IMG/VR virus record: IMGVR_UViG_3300043772_001084 | Length of the DNA stretch: 57,867 nucleotides | Direction: 5' to 3' (one strand) | DNA from: an uncultured virus (IMG/VR IMGVR_UViG_3300043772_001084) | Lineage: Duplodnaviria; Heunggongvirae; Uroviricota; Caudoviricetes | Shown: one piece after another, positions 18,789 to 27,207 of the stretch | Numbering within the stretch: the first letter of the stretch is position 1 | Layout of the letters: each line of letters opens with the position of its first letter | The notes under the pieces: model-generated | Databases searched by the model: none | What the model was told of the DNA's origin: nothing | What the model saw: the letters and a program-made list of their open reading frames with translations, nothing else | Position numbers and translations under genes: made by a program

Positions 18789-21700
18789 TGGCTTTAAAGA
18801 AATATACATGTCCCCCACAAACAGCATCTGGCGCTGGAACATTTTCAGACAATTTGGTAGGATTCCAACTTGTTGATGGGGGAGGTTTTACCCAAGGTAA
18901 TTTTGAATTTACCGAAAATCTTAACGAAAAACAAAATAGGAATTTTAATATTGGGACATTTTCTGACCCAATAAATTTGGATACATTAAATATTGAAAGT
19001 GTAACACAATCAAGGTTAATACAAGCAAATAATTTTAGAGTTTATCCAAATTTTGATTTATCACAAGTAACAAATTTTACTCTTTATGGTTCATTAGTAA
19101 AAAGAGTATCAGCGTCAATTACAAATATAATTAACTTCTTTCCAGCAGGACTTGAAGCATTATCAATTGCTGGTGATTTTACGACAAATCAAACTGCACA
19201 GAATATCGTATATGACCAAGTTGAAGATATTACAAACTTTGAAATTCCTTTAACTGTAATAAGAAATCCATTTGATATTGATTATACCACAAACGCAACA
19301 AGAAATCTTGAAGTAAGTGATGTTGTTGTATCACCATTAAGAAATTTTACAAAAAATTTCCAGAGCTATGTTGTTTATGTTGATGATAGTCCATATAAAA
19401 TAATTGGGTTTTCACCAACTAGTTCAAATTCAACAGTTCTTGAATTATCGGTAGAAGGGAATCCTTTTTCCGGGAACCAAACATCATTTCAACAAATTGT
19501 AGTAAGACCAAGTGATTATTATGTTTCAAAGGTTTTTAATGAAGATTTTGATGAAGTTGAAAAATTTTTACTTGATAGGAGTTCTGTCCCACAATATACC
19601 GCAAAATTTGTTATATCGGTTGAAGATGAAGATGGAACATATTATCTTACAAATCAAAATTTAACATTTCCAAAAAACGGTGTTTGGAACCTAGACATCA
19701 CATCATCATCTTTTGATGCTTATCTAACACAATTAAATGAATTTGCCACAAGTTTGGATAGATATAGAACCAATCTTGTTTCAAGGTTTTTAACAACTGG
19801 GGCGTTTAAAGAATTTGATACTGATGATCAAAAAATGGAAAAAGTCCTACAAATATATGGTAGGAGTTTTGATGAATCTATGAAATTCATATTGGCATTA
19901 CCAAATATGAATAATGTCCATTATATTGTAAAAAATGATATACCATCACAATTATTAAAAAATCTTGCTCAAACATTGGGGTGGAATACAAATATTTCAC
20001 CAATTACAGAACAAAATTTATTGGATTCTGTATTTTCAAACGGGTCAAATCAATTTTCCGGTGTTGGGATTGGACAAACACCAGAAGAATTAAATTACCA
20101 ATATTATAGGAACTTAATATTAAATTCGGCATATCTTTTTAAATCAAAGGGAACAAGAAAATCCATTGAAATTTTACTTAGGTTAATTGGAGCACCAGAA
20201 GCTTTAGTTGAATTTAATGAATATATCTATGTTGCGGATCAAAAAATAAGTATAGATGATTTTGATAAGCAATATAGTTTAATTTCAGGTGGAACATATA
20301 ATCAAGAATTACCAGTTCTTGATACAACAGATGTCTATTCAGTAATGGGAAAAACATATACCGGTATTACAACACAAACAATATCATCAAATGTTGATTC
20401 GGTTATTGAAGACTATCCACTTGACGATGATGGTTACCCAAGTATGCCACAAGTAAGTGATTCGTTTTATTATCAAATAGGAGGTGGATGGTTTGAATCG
20501 ACACCAAAACATAGAATGCCAGAAAAGGTTGATTCAACAAATAGCGTATTTACAGGTTCAAATCAAGATTTTCAAACAACACTACTTCCATTTAATTACG
20601 GAGAACAATACCTCCAAAGATATAGAAAGTTTCCATATATGGATTTGGGGTATAGATTGAGAAGAACCGTAGATAATAAAAAAAGTTGGACGGACGAAGA
20701 ATCAACATTAAGACAAAGTTTTGATGGTAATTTTAATGCGTATTATGAAGTTGGTGATGAAAGATTAACAATCAATGTTAAAAATGTTGATATACACATG
20801 AACCCAGCCCAAGGGTTGGTTTATGATGTTTGGAATATGTCAAGAATTTACAACTATCCAATACCAAACGAAGGGTTACACTATGTTGAACCAACTTGTT
20901 GTAATCCAAACCCAAACACACCATATCCTATGAGAGGTGGTATAGATTGGACAGAAATCGTCCCAAAACCAAAACAAAAAACATTTTTTGAATTTGCCCA
21001 GACTTTCTGGAGAAATATGATAAATGTAAGAAATAGACAATATATAACTGATGGAAAAACTGGGGGTTACCCAACATTACAGTCAATTTATTGGAAATAT
21101 TTGGAATCAGAACAAACAATTAACATTCCAAATGATAATTTCACATACCAAACAATGATTGATTATGTTCACGGACTAGGTGATTATTGGATTAGACTTA
21201 TTGAACAAATGGTTCCAGCAACAACAATCTGGAATACCGGAGTTAAATATGAAAACTCAATTTTTCATAGACAAAAATTTGTGTGGAGAAGACAAGCTGG
21301 TTGTCAAATTATTCCAGTTCCTTGTAAGCCTTGTTCTCTTGTCGGACAATTATTTGCATATGATTGTCCAGTTCAATCTGTTGAATGTCCATTATATCCT
21401 TGGGGTTCAAATCCTGCAATAAATTCTTTTGGTGTTGTTTTAATGAATGTTATAGAATCATATTTAGTGACAAATGGTTACGATCTAACAAATGATTGTG
21501 TTTTAAATTCAATTACCACTAATTGGTTTGTTGATGTAAGACTAAATAATAGTGTAGTAGCATCTGTTCCATTTTTTAGTGGTACAGGGTATTTGGTTGA
21601 AGGTCTTAGTTTCCCAACACCTAACAAATGGATTGAAGGGGTTAATAGTTCAAGTGATGAACTACAACTTTATGGATTAAGTTTTATAATTAATCAAAAT

Positions 21701-21805
21701 AGTGGGAAAATTGTAATATATAGTAATAATTGTATTCCACTAAATATGAATAATAATTTGGAATTCAATGTAGGGATAAATTTTAAAATATTGTGTAACG
21801 GATAA
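18788..21805 (+). CDS. Baseplate wedge protein (P2 gpI / T4 gp7-like core)
   Basis: LLKNLAQTLGW..LFKSKGTRKSIEILLRLIG resembles the Tail_P2_I-type motif. Confidence 0.7.
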   Translation: MALKKYTCPPQTASGAGTFSDNLVGFQLVDGGGFTQGNFEFTENLNEKQNRNFNIGTFSDPINLDTLNIESVTQSRLIQANNFRVYPNFDLSQVTNFTLYGSLVKRVSASITNIINFFPAGLEALSIAGDFTTNQTAQNIVYDQVEDITNFEIPLTVIRNPFDIDYTTNATRNLEVSDVVVSPLRNFTKNFQSYVVYVDDSPYKIIGFSPTSSNSTVLELSVEGNPFSGNQTSFQQIVVRPSDYYVSKVFNEDFDEVEKFLLDRSSVPQYTAKFVISVEDEDGTYYLTNQNLTFPKNGVWNLDITSSSFDAYLTQLNEFATSLDRYRTNLVSRFLTTGAFKEFDTDDQKMEKVLQIYGRSFDESMKFILALPNMNNVHYIVKNDIPSQLLKNLAQTLGWNTNISPITEQNLLDSVFSNGSNQFSGVGIGQTPEELNYQYYRNLILNSAYLFKSKGTRKSIEILLRLIGAPEALVEFNEYIYVADQKISIDDFDKQYSLISGGTYNQELPVLDTTDVYSVMGKTYTGITTQTISSNVDSVIEDYPLDDDGYPSMPQVSDSFYYQIGGGWFESTPKHRMPEKVDSTNSVFTGSNQDFQTTLLPFNYGEQYLQRYRKFPYMDLGYRLRRTVDNKKSWTDEESTLRQSFDGNFNAYYEVGDERLTINVKNVDIHMNPAQGLVYDVWNMSRIYNYPIPNEGLHYVEPTCCNPNPNTPYPMRGGIDWTEIVPKPKQKTFFEFAQTFWRNMINVRNRQYITDGKTGGYPTLQSIYWKYLESEQTINIPNDNFTYQTMIDYVHGLGDYWIRLIEQMVPATTIWNTGVKYENSIFHRQKFVWRRQAGCQIIPVPCKPCSLVGQLFAYDCPVQSVECPLYPWGSNPAINSFGVVLMNVIESYLVTNGYDLTNDCVLNSITTNWFVDVRLNNSVVASVPFFSGTGYLVEGLSFPTPNKWIEGVNSSSDELQLYGLSFIINQNSGKIVIYSNNCIPLNMNNNLEFNVGINFKILCNG

Positions 21806-24800
21806 TGGGTGTAATAACAATAAATAATTATTCTATAACTGGGGATTGTACTAATTCCGGTCTTGGGCAAGTATTTTTTAATATTACTGGTGATAGTCCG
21901 GGTTGGGCGGTTAGCGAAATCTCAACAAGTGGGTTATTACCAACATCAGCAACAACAAGTGTATATCGGGTTAATAATTTACCGGCTGGTAGTTATTTTG
22001 TTGAAATTACAGATTCGGCTTTTGATAGTGAAATAGTTCCGGTATATATATCATCTGGAACTTGTGTTTCACTAAATGTTGAAGGAACTTTTTGTGGTGC
22101 AAATAACGGATCAATTACAGCAACAACACAGAGTATATATGGCTCAGCCGATTTTTATTTATATAATATATCAAATAATTTATATGATTCGGCAACTGGG
22201 GTTCCAAATAATTACATATTTAACGGACTATCGGCCGACACCTATTATGTTGTTGCAAATGATGGTGGTGGTTGTTCTGGAAGATCGGAATCTTGTATTA
22301 TATATTCATCAACACCGATAAATTATGGGTTTTATGTTGTAAATGATGCCAATTGTGTTTCTGCGGCTGGTAATGGAAAAATATTCATAACTGGTTTAAC
22401 TGGAAACGCACCATTTACATATTTGTGGTCTAATGGTGAAACTTCATCATCGGTAGAAAACTTATTACCTGGTGTATATTCGGTTACAGTAACCGATTCA
22501 AAAGGGTGTGAGTTAATTAAAACAGTAACAGTTAATAATGTTCCACCAATTAAATTTGGTTCTTTTATTACAACACCACCAAGTTGTTTTACAAATAACG
22601 GTGAAGTTAGTGTTACGGTTGTTGATGGTACAGCACCATATTATTTTAGTGGTAGCAACGGTCAGACAATCGTTACTTATTCGCAAACATATACTTTCAC
22701 AAATTTAAACCCAGGAAATTTTTCAGTTTTCGTTCAAGATGCCGGTCTTTGTAGTATTACAAACTCAACCACATTATCAACACCAAACTCATTTTTTGTA
22801 ACATCAGTAAATACTGTAAATTCAAGTTGTGGTAATAATGGTAGTGTTAATATTGTTTTAAATAATGGTGTTGCTGGAGGAACTTTTATATACACACTGA
22901 CAGATTCTCTTGGTAATACGAATTCACAAACAACAACACTTGTTAATTTTTCATTTAATAATTTAGCATCGGGGACATATACCTTAACAATTACAGATGG
23001 GACTTGTACATATACAAAGACGATTACAATAACAAATATTATTTTATTTACAATATCGGCAGCCACAACCGGAACAACTTGTGGTCTTAATAATGGTTCT
23101 GTAAAGATTACAGCAAGTCCTGGTGGTGCATTACCATACACATATCAAATTACTGGTCAACCACCATCATCACAAACACAATTCAACAACCTAGCATCCG
23201 GAACATATACCGCAACAGTAACAGATAATAATGGTTGTTCACAAACAAAAACATTTAATATATCACCATCAAGTGGTGTGTTTTTTGATTTTTTAGTAAC
23301 ACAACCAACAACTGGTAATAATGGTGAAATTGAAGTTTTAATATATAATGGTGAACCAACATTTACATATTCTTGGAGCCCAAATGTGGGTTCTCAAACT
23401 GGGCTTTTAGTTACCGGTTTATCACCAGGTGTTTATACCTTACAAGTTACCGATAGTAAAGGTTGTTCGTATTCCAAATCAACAACATTACAAGGAACAA
23501 GTTTGGTGTCATCATATCAAGTTTTTAATATTTGTGATTCAAACTTCCAAAGTCTCGGTATATCAGGGAAAAGAGGAATATTTCAAATGTATAATGAAGG
23601 TTATTATGATTTAACTTTTGATTATACAGATTGTATATTAAATGATGCTCAATTTATATTAGAAGTAACTGTTGATGGCGACTTGGAAACAGTTCCTTTT
23701 TACACATCAAACGGTTTAAATGATTATCCTTCAGATCAAGACTGGATCACAATTCTTGTTGACACATTGGAAGGTTTTGAAGGGATAGGTGAAGTTATTA
23801 TTGATGAAACTAAAAACACAATACAAATATTTACGAATTGTATTAGTGGTACAGATTGTAACCCAAGTAATGTAAATTTACTATCTGACGCAAAAGTAAT
23901 TGTTAATTTGGTGATAGAATATGACATTTCTTGTCTTTATTGTGGACCAATACCAACTCCTACACCAACTCCTACACCAACTCCTACACCAACTCCTACA
24001 CCAATTCCACCATTACCAAATACAACTGATGTATATGCTTATATAGATATAACATCAGGACCCTATGCCTTTAATTGTGCTACTCGGAATAAACTCGTAT
24101 TAGCTCAAAGTATTTCACAATGGTTTAGTAATTATCAATTAGCAAATCCAAATTATACTGGTAATTTATATTTATTTGAATATCTTCAACCAGAAGATTA
24201 TTTAGGGCTTCCTAGAAGTATTAAATTAGGTACAAAACCTTCTTATGCTAATACTATAACATGGTTAAATCCTGCCGATGGTACAACCATAGGAGCAGTA
24301 ATTCCTCCAAATTGGAATACACCAAGTTGGGTTGCACCAACTTCAATTTTATTTATTGCATTTGTTAATGAAAGTGACAGTAGGTATCACGGATCAGATT
24401 TACCTCCTTCATTAACAAATGAAGTACTACAACCAACAGCAAATCCTTTTCCTGATGGTGGATGGACTTATGATCATGCAAATTTTGTAAGTGATTATAA
24501 TACTCATTGGGATTATTTTAAAGGAGTAATTTATCCAGCAAATGATTTAGCTAGTAGTGCTAAAAACTTTTTACTTCACGCGTATGCTGCTACAACAAAT
24601 AGTTCAAATATATCTTCAGCTGAATTATCTTCAGCTTTAGGTACAAACTTTGATGCTAGTTTTAATTCTATAACATATCCTATAGCAAATGTTTATGTTT
24701 CACAAAATGTAGGTTTATGGAATTATGGTTGGAGTGCTATTTTAAATAAATCTGTAACTACTGATATTTGTGGTCCTGATGCAATTGATTTTACACCTCA

Positions 24801-24846
24801 AGAATTTGCAAATGACTTAAATAATATTCTATCAGGTGGTAATTAA
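21805..24846 (+). CDS. SprB-repeat tail appendage/adhesin with Pro-Thr linker and distinct C-terminal domain
   Basis: Repeated C..NG.I/V....GG..PYTY.W....L..G.Y.VTVTD..GC units; (PT)n near aa 715-735; unrelated C-terminal ~280 aa. Confidence 0.8.
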   Translation: MGVITINNYSITGDCTNSGLGQVFFNITGDSPGWAVSEISTSGLLPTSATTSVYRVNNLPAGSYFVEITDSAFDSEIVPVYISSGTCVSLNVEGTFCGANNGSITATTQSIYGSADFYLYNISNNLYDSATGVPNNYIFNGLSADTYYVVANDGGGCSGRSESCIIYSSTPINYGFYVVNDANCVSAAGNGKIFITGLTGNAPFTYLWSNGETSSSVENLLPGVYSVTVTDSKGCELIKTVTVNNVPPIKFGSFITTPPSCFTNNGEVSVTVVDGTAPYYFSGSNGQTIVTYSQTYTFTNLNPGNFSVFVQDAGLCSITNSTTLSTPNSFFVTSVNTVNSSCGNNGSVNIVLNNGVAGGTFIYTLTDSLGNTNSQTTTLVNFSFNNLASGTYTLTITDGTCTYTKTITITNIILFTISAATTGTTCGLNNGSVKITASPGGALPYTYQITGQPPSSQTQFNNLASGTYTATVTDNNGCSQTKTFNISPSSGVFFDFLVTQPTTGNNGEIEVLIYNGEPTFTYSWSPNVGSQTGLLVTGLSPGVYTLQVTDSKGCSYSKSTTLQGTSLVSSYQVFNICDSNFQSLGISGKRGIFQMYNEGYYDLTFDYTDCILNDAQFILEVTVDGDLETVPFYTSNGLNDYPSDQDWITILVDTLEGFEGIGEVIIDETKNTIQIFTNCISGTDCNPSNVNLLSDAKVIVNLVIEYDISCLYCGPIPTPTPTPTPTPTPTPTPIPPLPNTTDVYAYIDITSGPYAFNCATRNKLVLAQSISQWFSNYQLANPNYTGNLYLFEYLQPEDYLGLPRSIKLGTKPSYANTITWLNPADGTTIGAVIPPNWNTPSWVAPTSILFIAFVNESDSRYHGSDLPPSLTNEVLQPTANPFPDGGWTYDHANFVSDYNTHWDYFKGVIYPANDLASSAKNFLLHAYAATTNSSNISSAELSSALGTNFDASFNSITYPIANVYVSQNVGLWNYGWSAILNKSVTTDICGPDAIDFTPQEFANDLNNILSGGN
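23953..24000 (+). repeat. 12-bp tandem repeat (CCAACTCCTACA)x4 encoding a Pro-Thr linker
   Basis: Four perfect copies read directly from the sequence. Confidence 0.95.
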
Positions 24847-24942
24847 GTTTGGACAACCCAAAACTTAATTGATACAACATATAATAACGGTGTTGCAATT
24901 CCTAAAGCGACAAATGATACAATATGGACTCTACTGACCACC
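24847..24942 (+). pseudogene. Remnant of a Fib_succ_major (FISUMP)-like domain
   Basis: In frame after the TAA: GN*VWTTQNLIDTTYNNGVAIPKATNDTIWTLLTT, resembling the G.QVW..NL..T.YRNGD.IP.VTD...W..LTT consensus. Confidence 0.7.
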
Positions 24943-25062
24943 ATAATTTTAAAAATCAACCAATTCACTTTAAAATATTTCAAATTATAATTCCAATATG
25001 GAAAATATATTGTTATTTACCCAAAAAAACAAATAATTGATTATTTATAAGTAAAAGTTTAG

Positions 25063-26436
25063 ATGTCGGAAACAAATAGTAACACTGTTTTAAACACAAC
25101 ACCAAATCCGGTTCCAAATAACCCTATTGGTGTTTTAGGATTTGTTATACCAACACCTACACCAACACCTACGATTGCTCCAGTTCCAAATAACCCTATT
25201 GATCCTATAAATGAATGTAGTGTTATTACAATATTTCCTATGGAAGTTGATTGTTTAACAACAAATCCAACATATACAGACACATTTAACGGTTCAGCTT
25301 CTTTACAGATTACTGGTGGAACACCACCTTATCAAATAATTTGGGAAAATGGTAATGTTGGATCATCAATAACAAATTTGGGTACTGGTTCATATAAAGC
25401 AACCGTGACAGACTCTTATGGCGATTTCACAATAATAACTACTTGTGTTTTGACAGCACCACCACGACCATTACCACTACCTATGTGTATTACCACAATA
25501 ATTGATGATGTTAAAACAATTTGTTCAATCTCAAGTAGTGGTTTTTATAAAGATAAACCATATTATCGATTATTAGATACTAATTGTACAACACCAAAAC
25601 CTTTTTATATATGGTGGAATGATATTACAACAAGATGGGTATTAACAAGTGCATTAGGTAGTGGTACACAATATAATCATAATCTTAATCCTGGAAATTA
25701 TCCTGAAACAACAACAACTTATAGTTGGATACAGAATAGTGGTTCGATTTATTTAATAACAAATTTAGGAAGTTGTCCTGAACCAATGTGTTTCACACTT
25801 AAAATTGAAGATGAATATGTATCATTTTCTAACAAATATCCAATTGGTAAATATAACGAAAAATGGTATTATGGGCTTGGTGATGATTTAACACCAGAGT
25901 TTTATGTATGGTGGAACAGTGGAACAACAAGATGGGTATTATCAGACATAATAAACGGAGGAACAACATATGCGACCCTTCAAAACCCCGGAAATTACCC
26001 AGAAGCAACAAATACAAGTATATGGACAGGTAGCACTGAAGTAATCTCAAATCTAGGAAGTTGTCCTAAACCAATGTGTTTTACCTATAGTATATCTGGA
26101 AACACTATAGGTTGTTCACCAAAGTATCCATTAGGTAAGTATAATGGTAAGTGGTTTTATCAATTAACTGAAAGTGATTGCACTACCCCAGTAAATTATT
26201 ATGTCTATTGGAATAACACAACACCAAGGTGGGAAGTAAGTTCAAATATAGGTTCTGGTACTTTACACTCATATCTTAATAATAACTATGATTATCCAGC
26301 GACTATAGGAACTAGTACTTGGACAAATGTAAATGAGTCATTATTTCAAATGTTTGTTTCTTTTGACGATCTTGAAACATGTCTTAAATATGCTGAAGCT
26401 GTTGGTCTAACTCAAAATGCTGCCGTACCCGCATAA
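25063..26436 (+). CDS. Tail appendage protein: PT linker, one SprB repeat, three ~100-aa Cys/Trp repeats
   Basis: Three MC..G.Y..K.YY..Y.WWN..T.RW..GSG..NPGNYP..W..GSCP units. Confidence 0.8.
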   Translation: MSETNSNTVLNTTPNPVPNNPIGVLGFVIPTPTPTPTIAPVPNNPIDPINECSVITIFPMEVDCLTTNPTYTDTFNGSASLQITGGTPPYQIIWENGNVGSSITNLGTGSYKATVTDSYGDFTIITTCVLTAPPRPLPLPMCITTIIDDVKTICSISSSGFYKDKPYYRLLDTNCTTPKPFYIWWNDITTRWVLTSALGSGTQYNHNLNPGNYPETTTTYSWIQNSGSIYLITNLGSCPEPMCFTLKIEDEYVSFSNKYPIGKYNEKWYYGLGDDLTPEFYVWWNSGTTRWVLSDIINGGTTYATLQNPGNYPEATNTSIWTGSTEVISNLGSCPKPMCFTYSISGNTIGCSPKYPLGKYNGKWFYQLTESDCTTPVNYYVYWNNTTPRWEVSSNIGSGTLHSYLNNNYDYPATIGTSTWTNVNESLFQMFVSFDDLETCLKYAEAVGLTQNAAVPA

Positions 26437-26454
26437 AAAAATTAAAATAATTAA

Positions 26455-27141
26455 ATGCAATTAGGTTTTAATATTACAAAAAATGATAGTGATTGTAGAG
26501 ACAATGGATCAATCATTATATTACCATATGGTGGAATGCCACCGTATAGTTATTCATTAGATAGAGGAATTACAACGCAACAAAACCCTATATTTCAAAA
26601 TTTACCTAGTGGAATATATTCGGTAAGTATTATTGATAATAATCAAGAAATTAAAACACAAAATGTCGTAATAAACCAAACAATAAAAAACACGGTATAT
26701 GTTGTAAATTTAATTAAAAATGGTAATAATTTTAATGTTAATATCACACCTTCTTTACCAAATGGTGTGTTAATTGAATTTAGTTTAATTTTTAAAAATG
26801 ATTTTACTAGAGCTCCACAAGAAAATTCTGCAACAAATACAATAACAACAAGTGTAATTGTTGATGGAAACCAAATTATAAACCCATTACCAATAACCAA
26901 TAACTCAAGTAGTTTTAATTCTTGTGATAATGGTAATTACTATATTACAAATGATACTTATACTTGGAATATAACTATGGGATCAACAACAACAGTAAGC
27001 GGAACAATTTTAAGTAATTTATCACCAAATTTACCAAAAACTGACTGTTATTTTGGAACAATAGAAACAAAAACATACATAGATAATTTAAAAATATTAG
27101 GTTGTGATTGTTGTTCAACACTAATTCAACAAGTGGGTTGA
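26455..27141 (+). CDS. SprB-like repeat-containing protein
   Basis: DCRDNGSIIILPYGGMPPYSYSLD..FQNLPSGIYSV. Confidence 0.72.
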   Translation: MQLGFNITKNDSDCRDNGSIIILPYGGMPPYSYSLDRGITTQQNPIFQNLPSGIYSVSIIDNNQEIKTQNVVINQTIKNTVYVVNLIKNGNNFNVNITPSLPNGVLIEFSLIFKNDFTRAPQENSATNTITTSVIVDGNQIINPLPITNNSSSFNSCDNGNYYITNDTYTWNITMGSTTTVSGTILSNLSPNLPKTDCYFGTIETKTYIDNLKILGCDCCSTLIQQVG

Positions 27142-27207
27142 TTTGAATAATAGATATAAAACACAAATTTAGTTTCATAAATTATCAAATAGAATATTTA
27201 TTAACAA

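Noticed and set aside
24844..24846. Genome-wide stop-codon reassignment or programmed read-through
   Set aside because: TAA, TAG and TGA all end genes normally here, and the downstream domain is truncated, so decay is the simpler reading.
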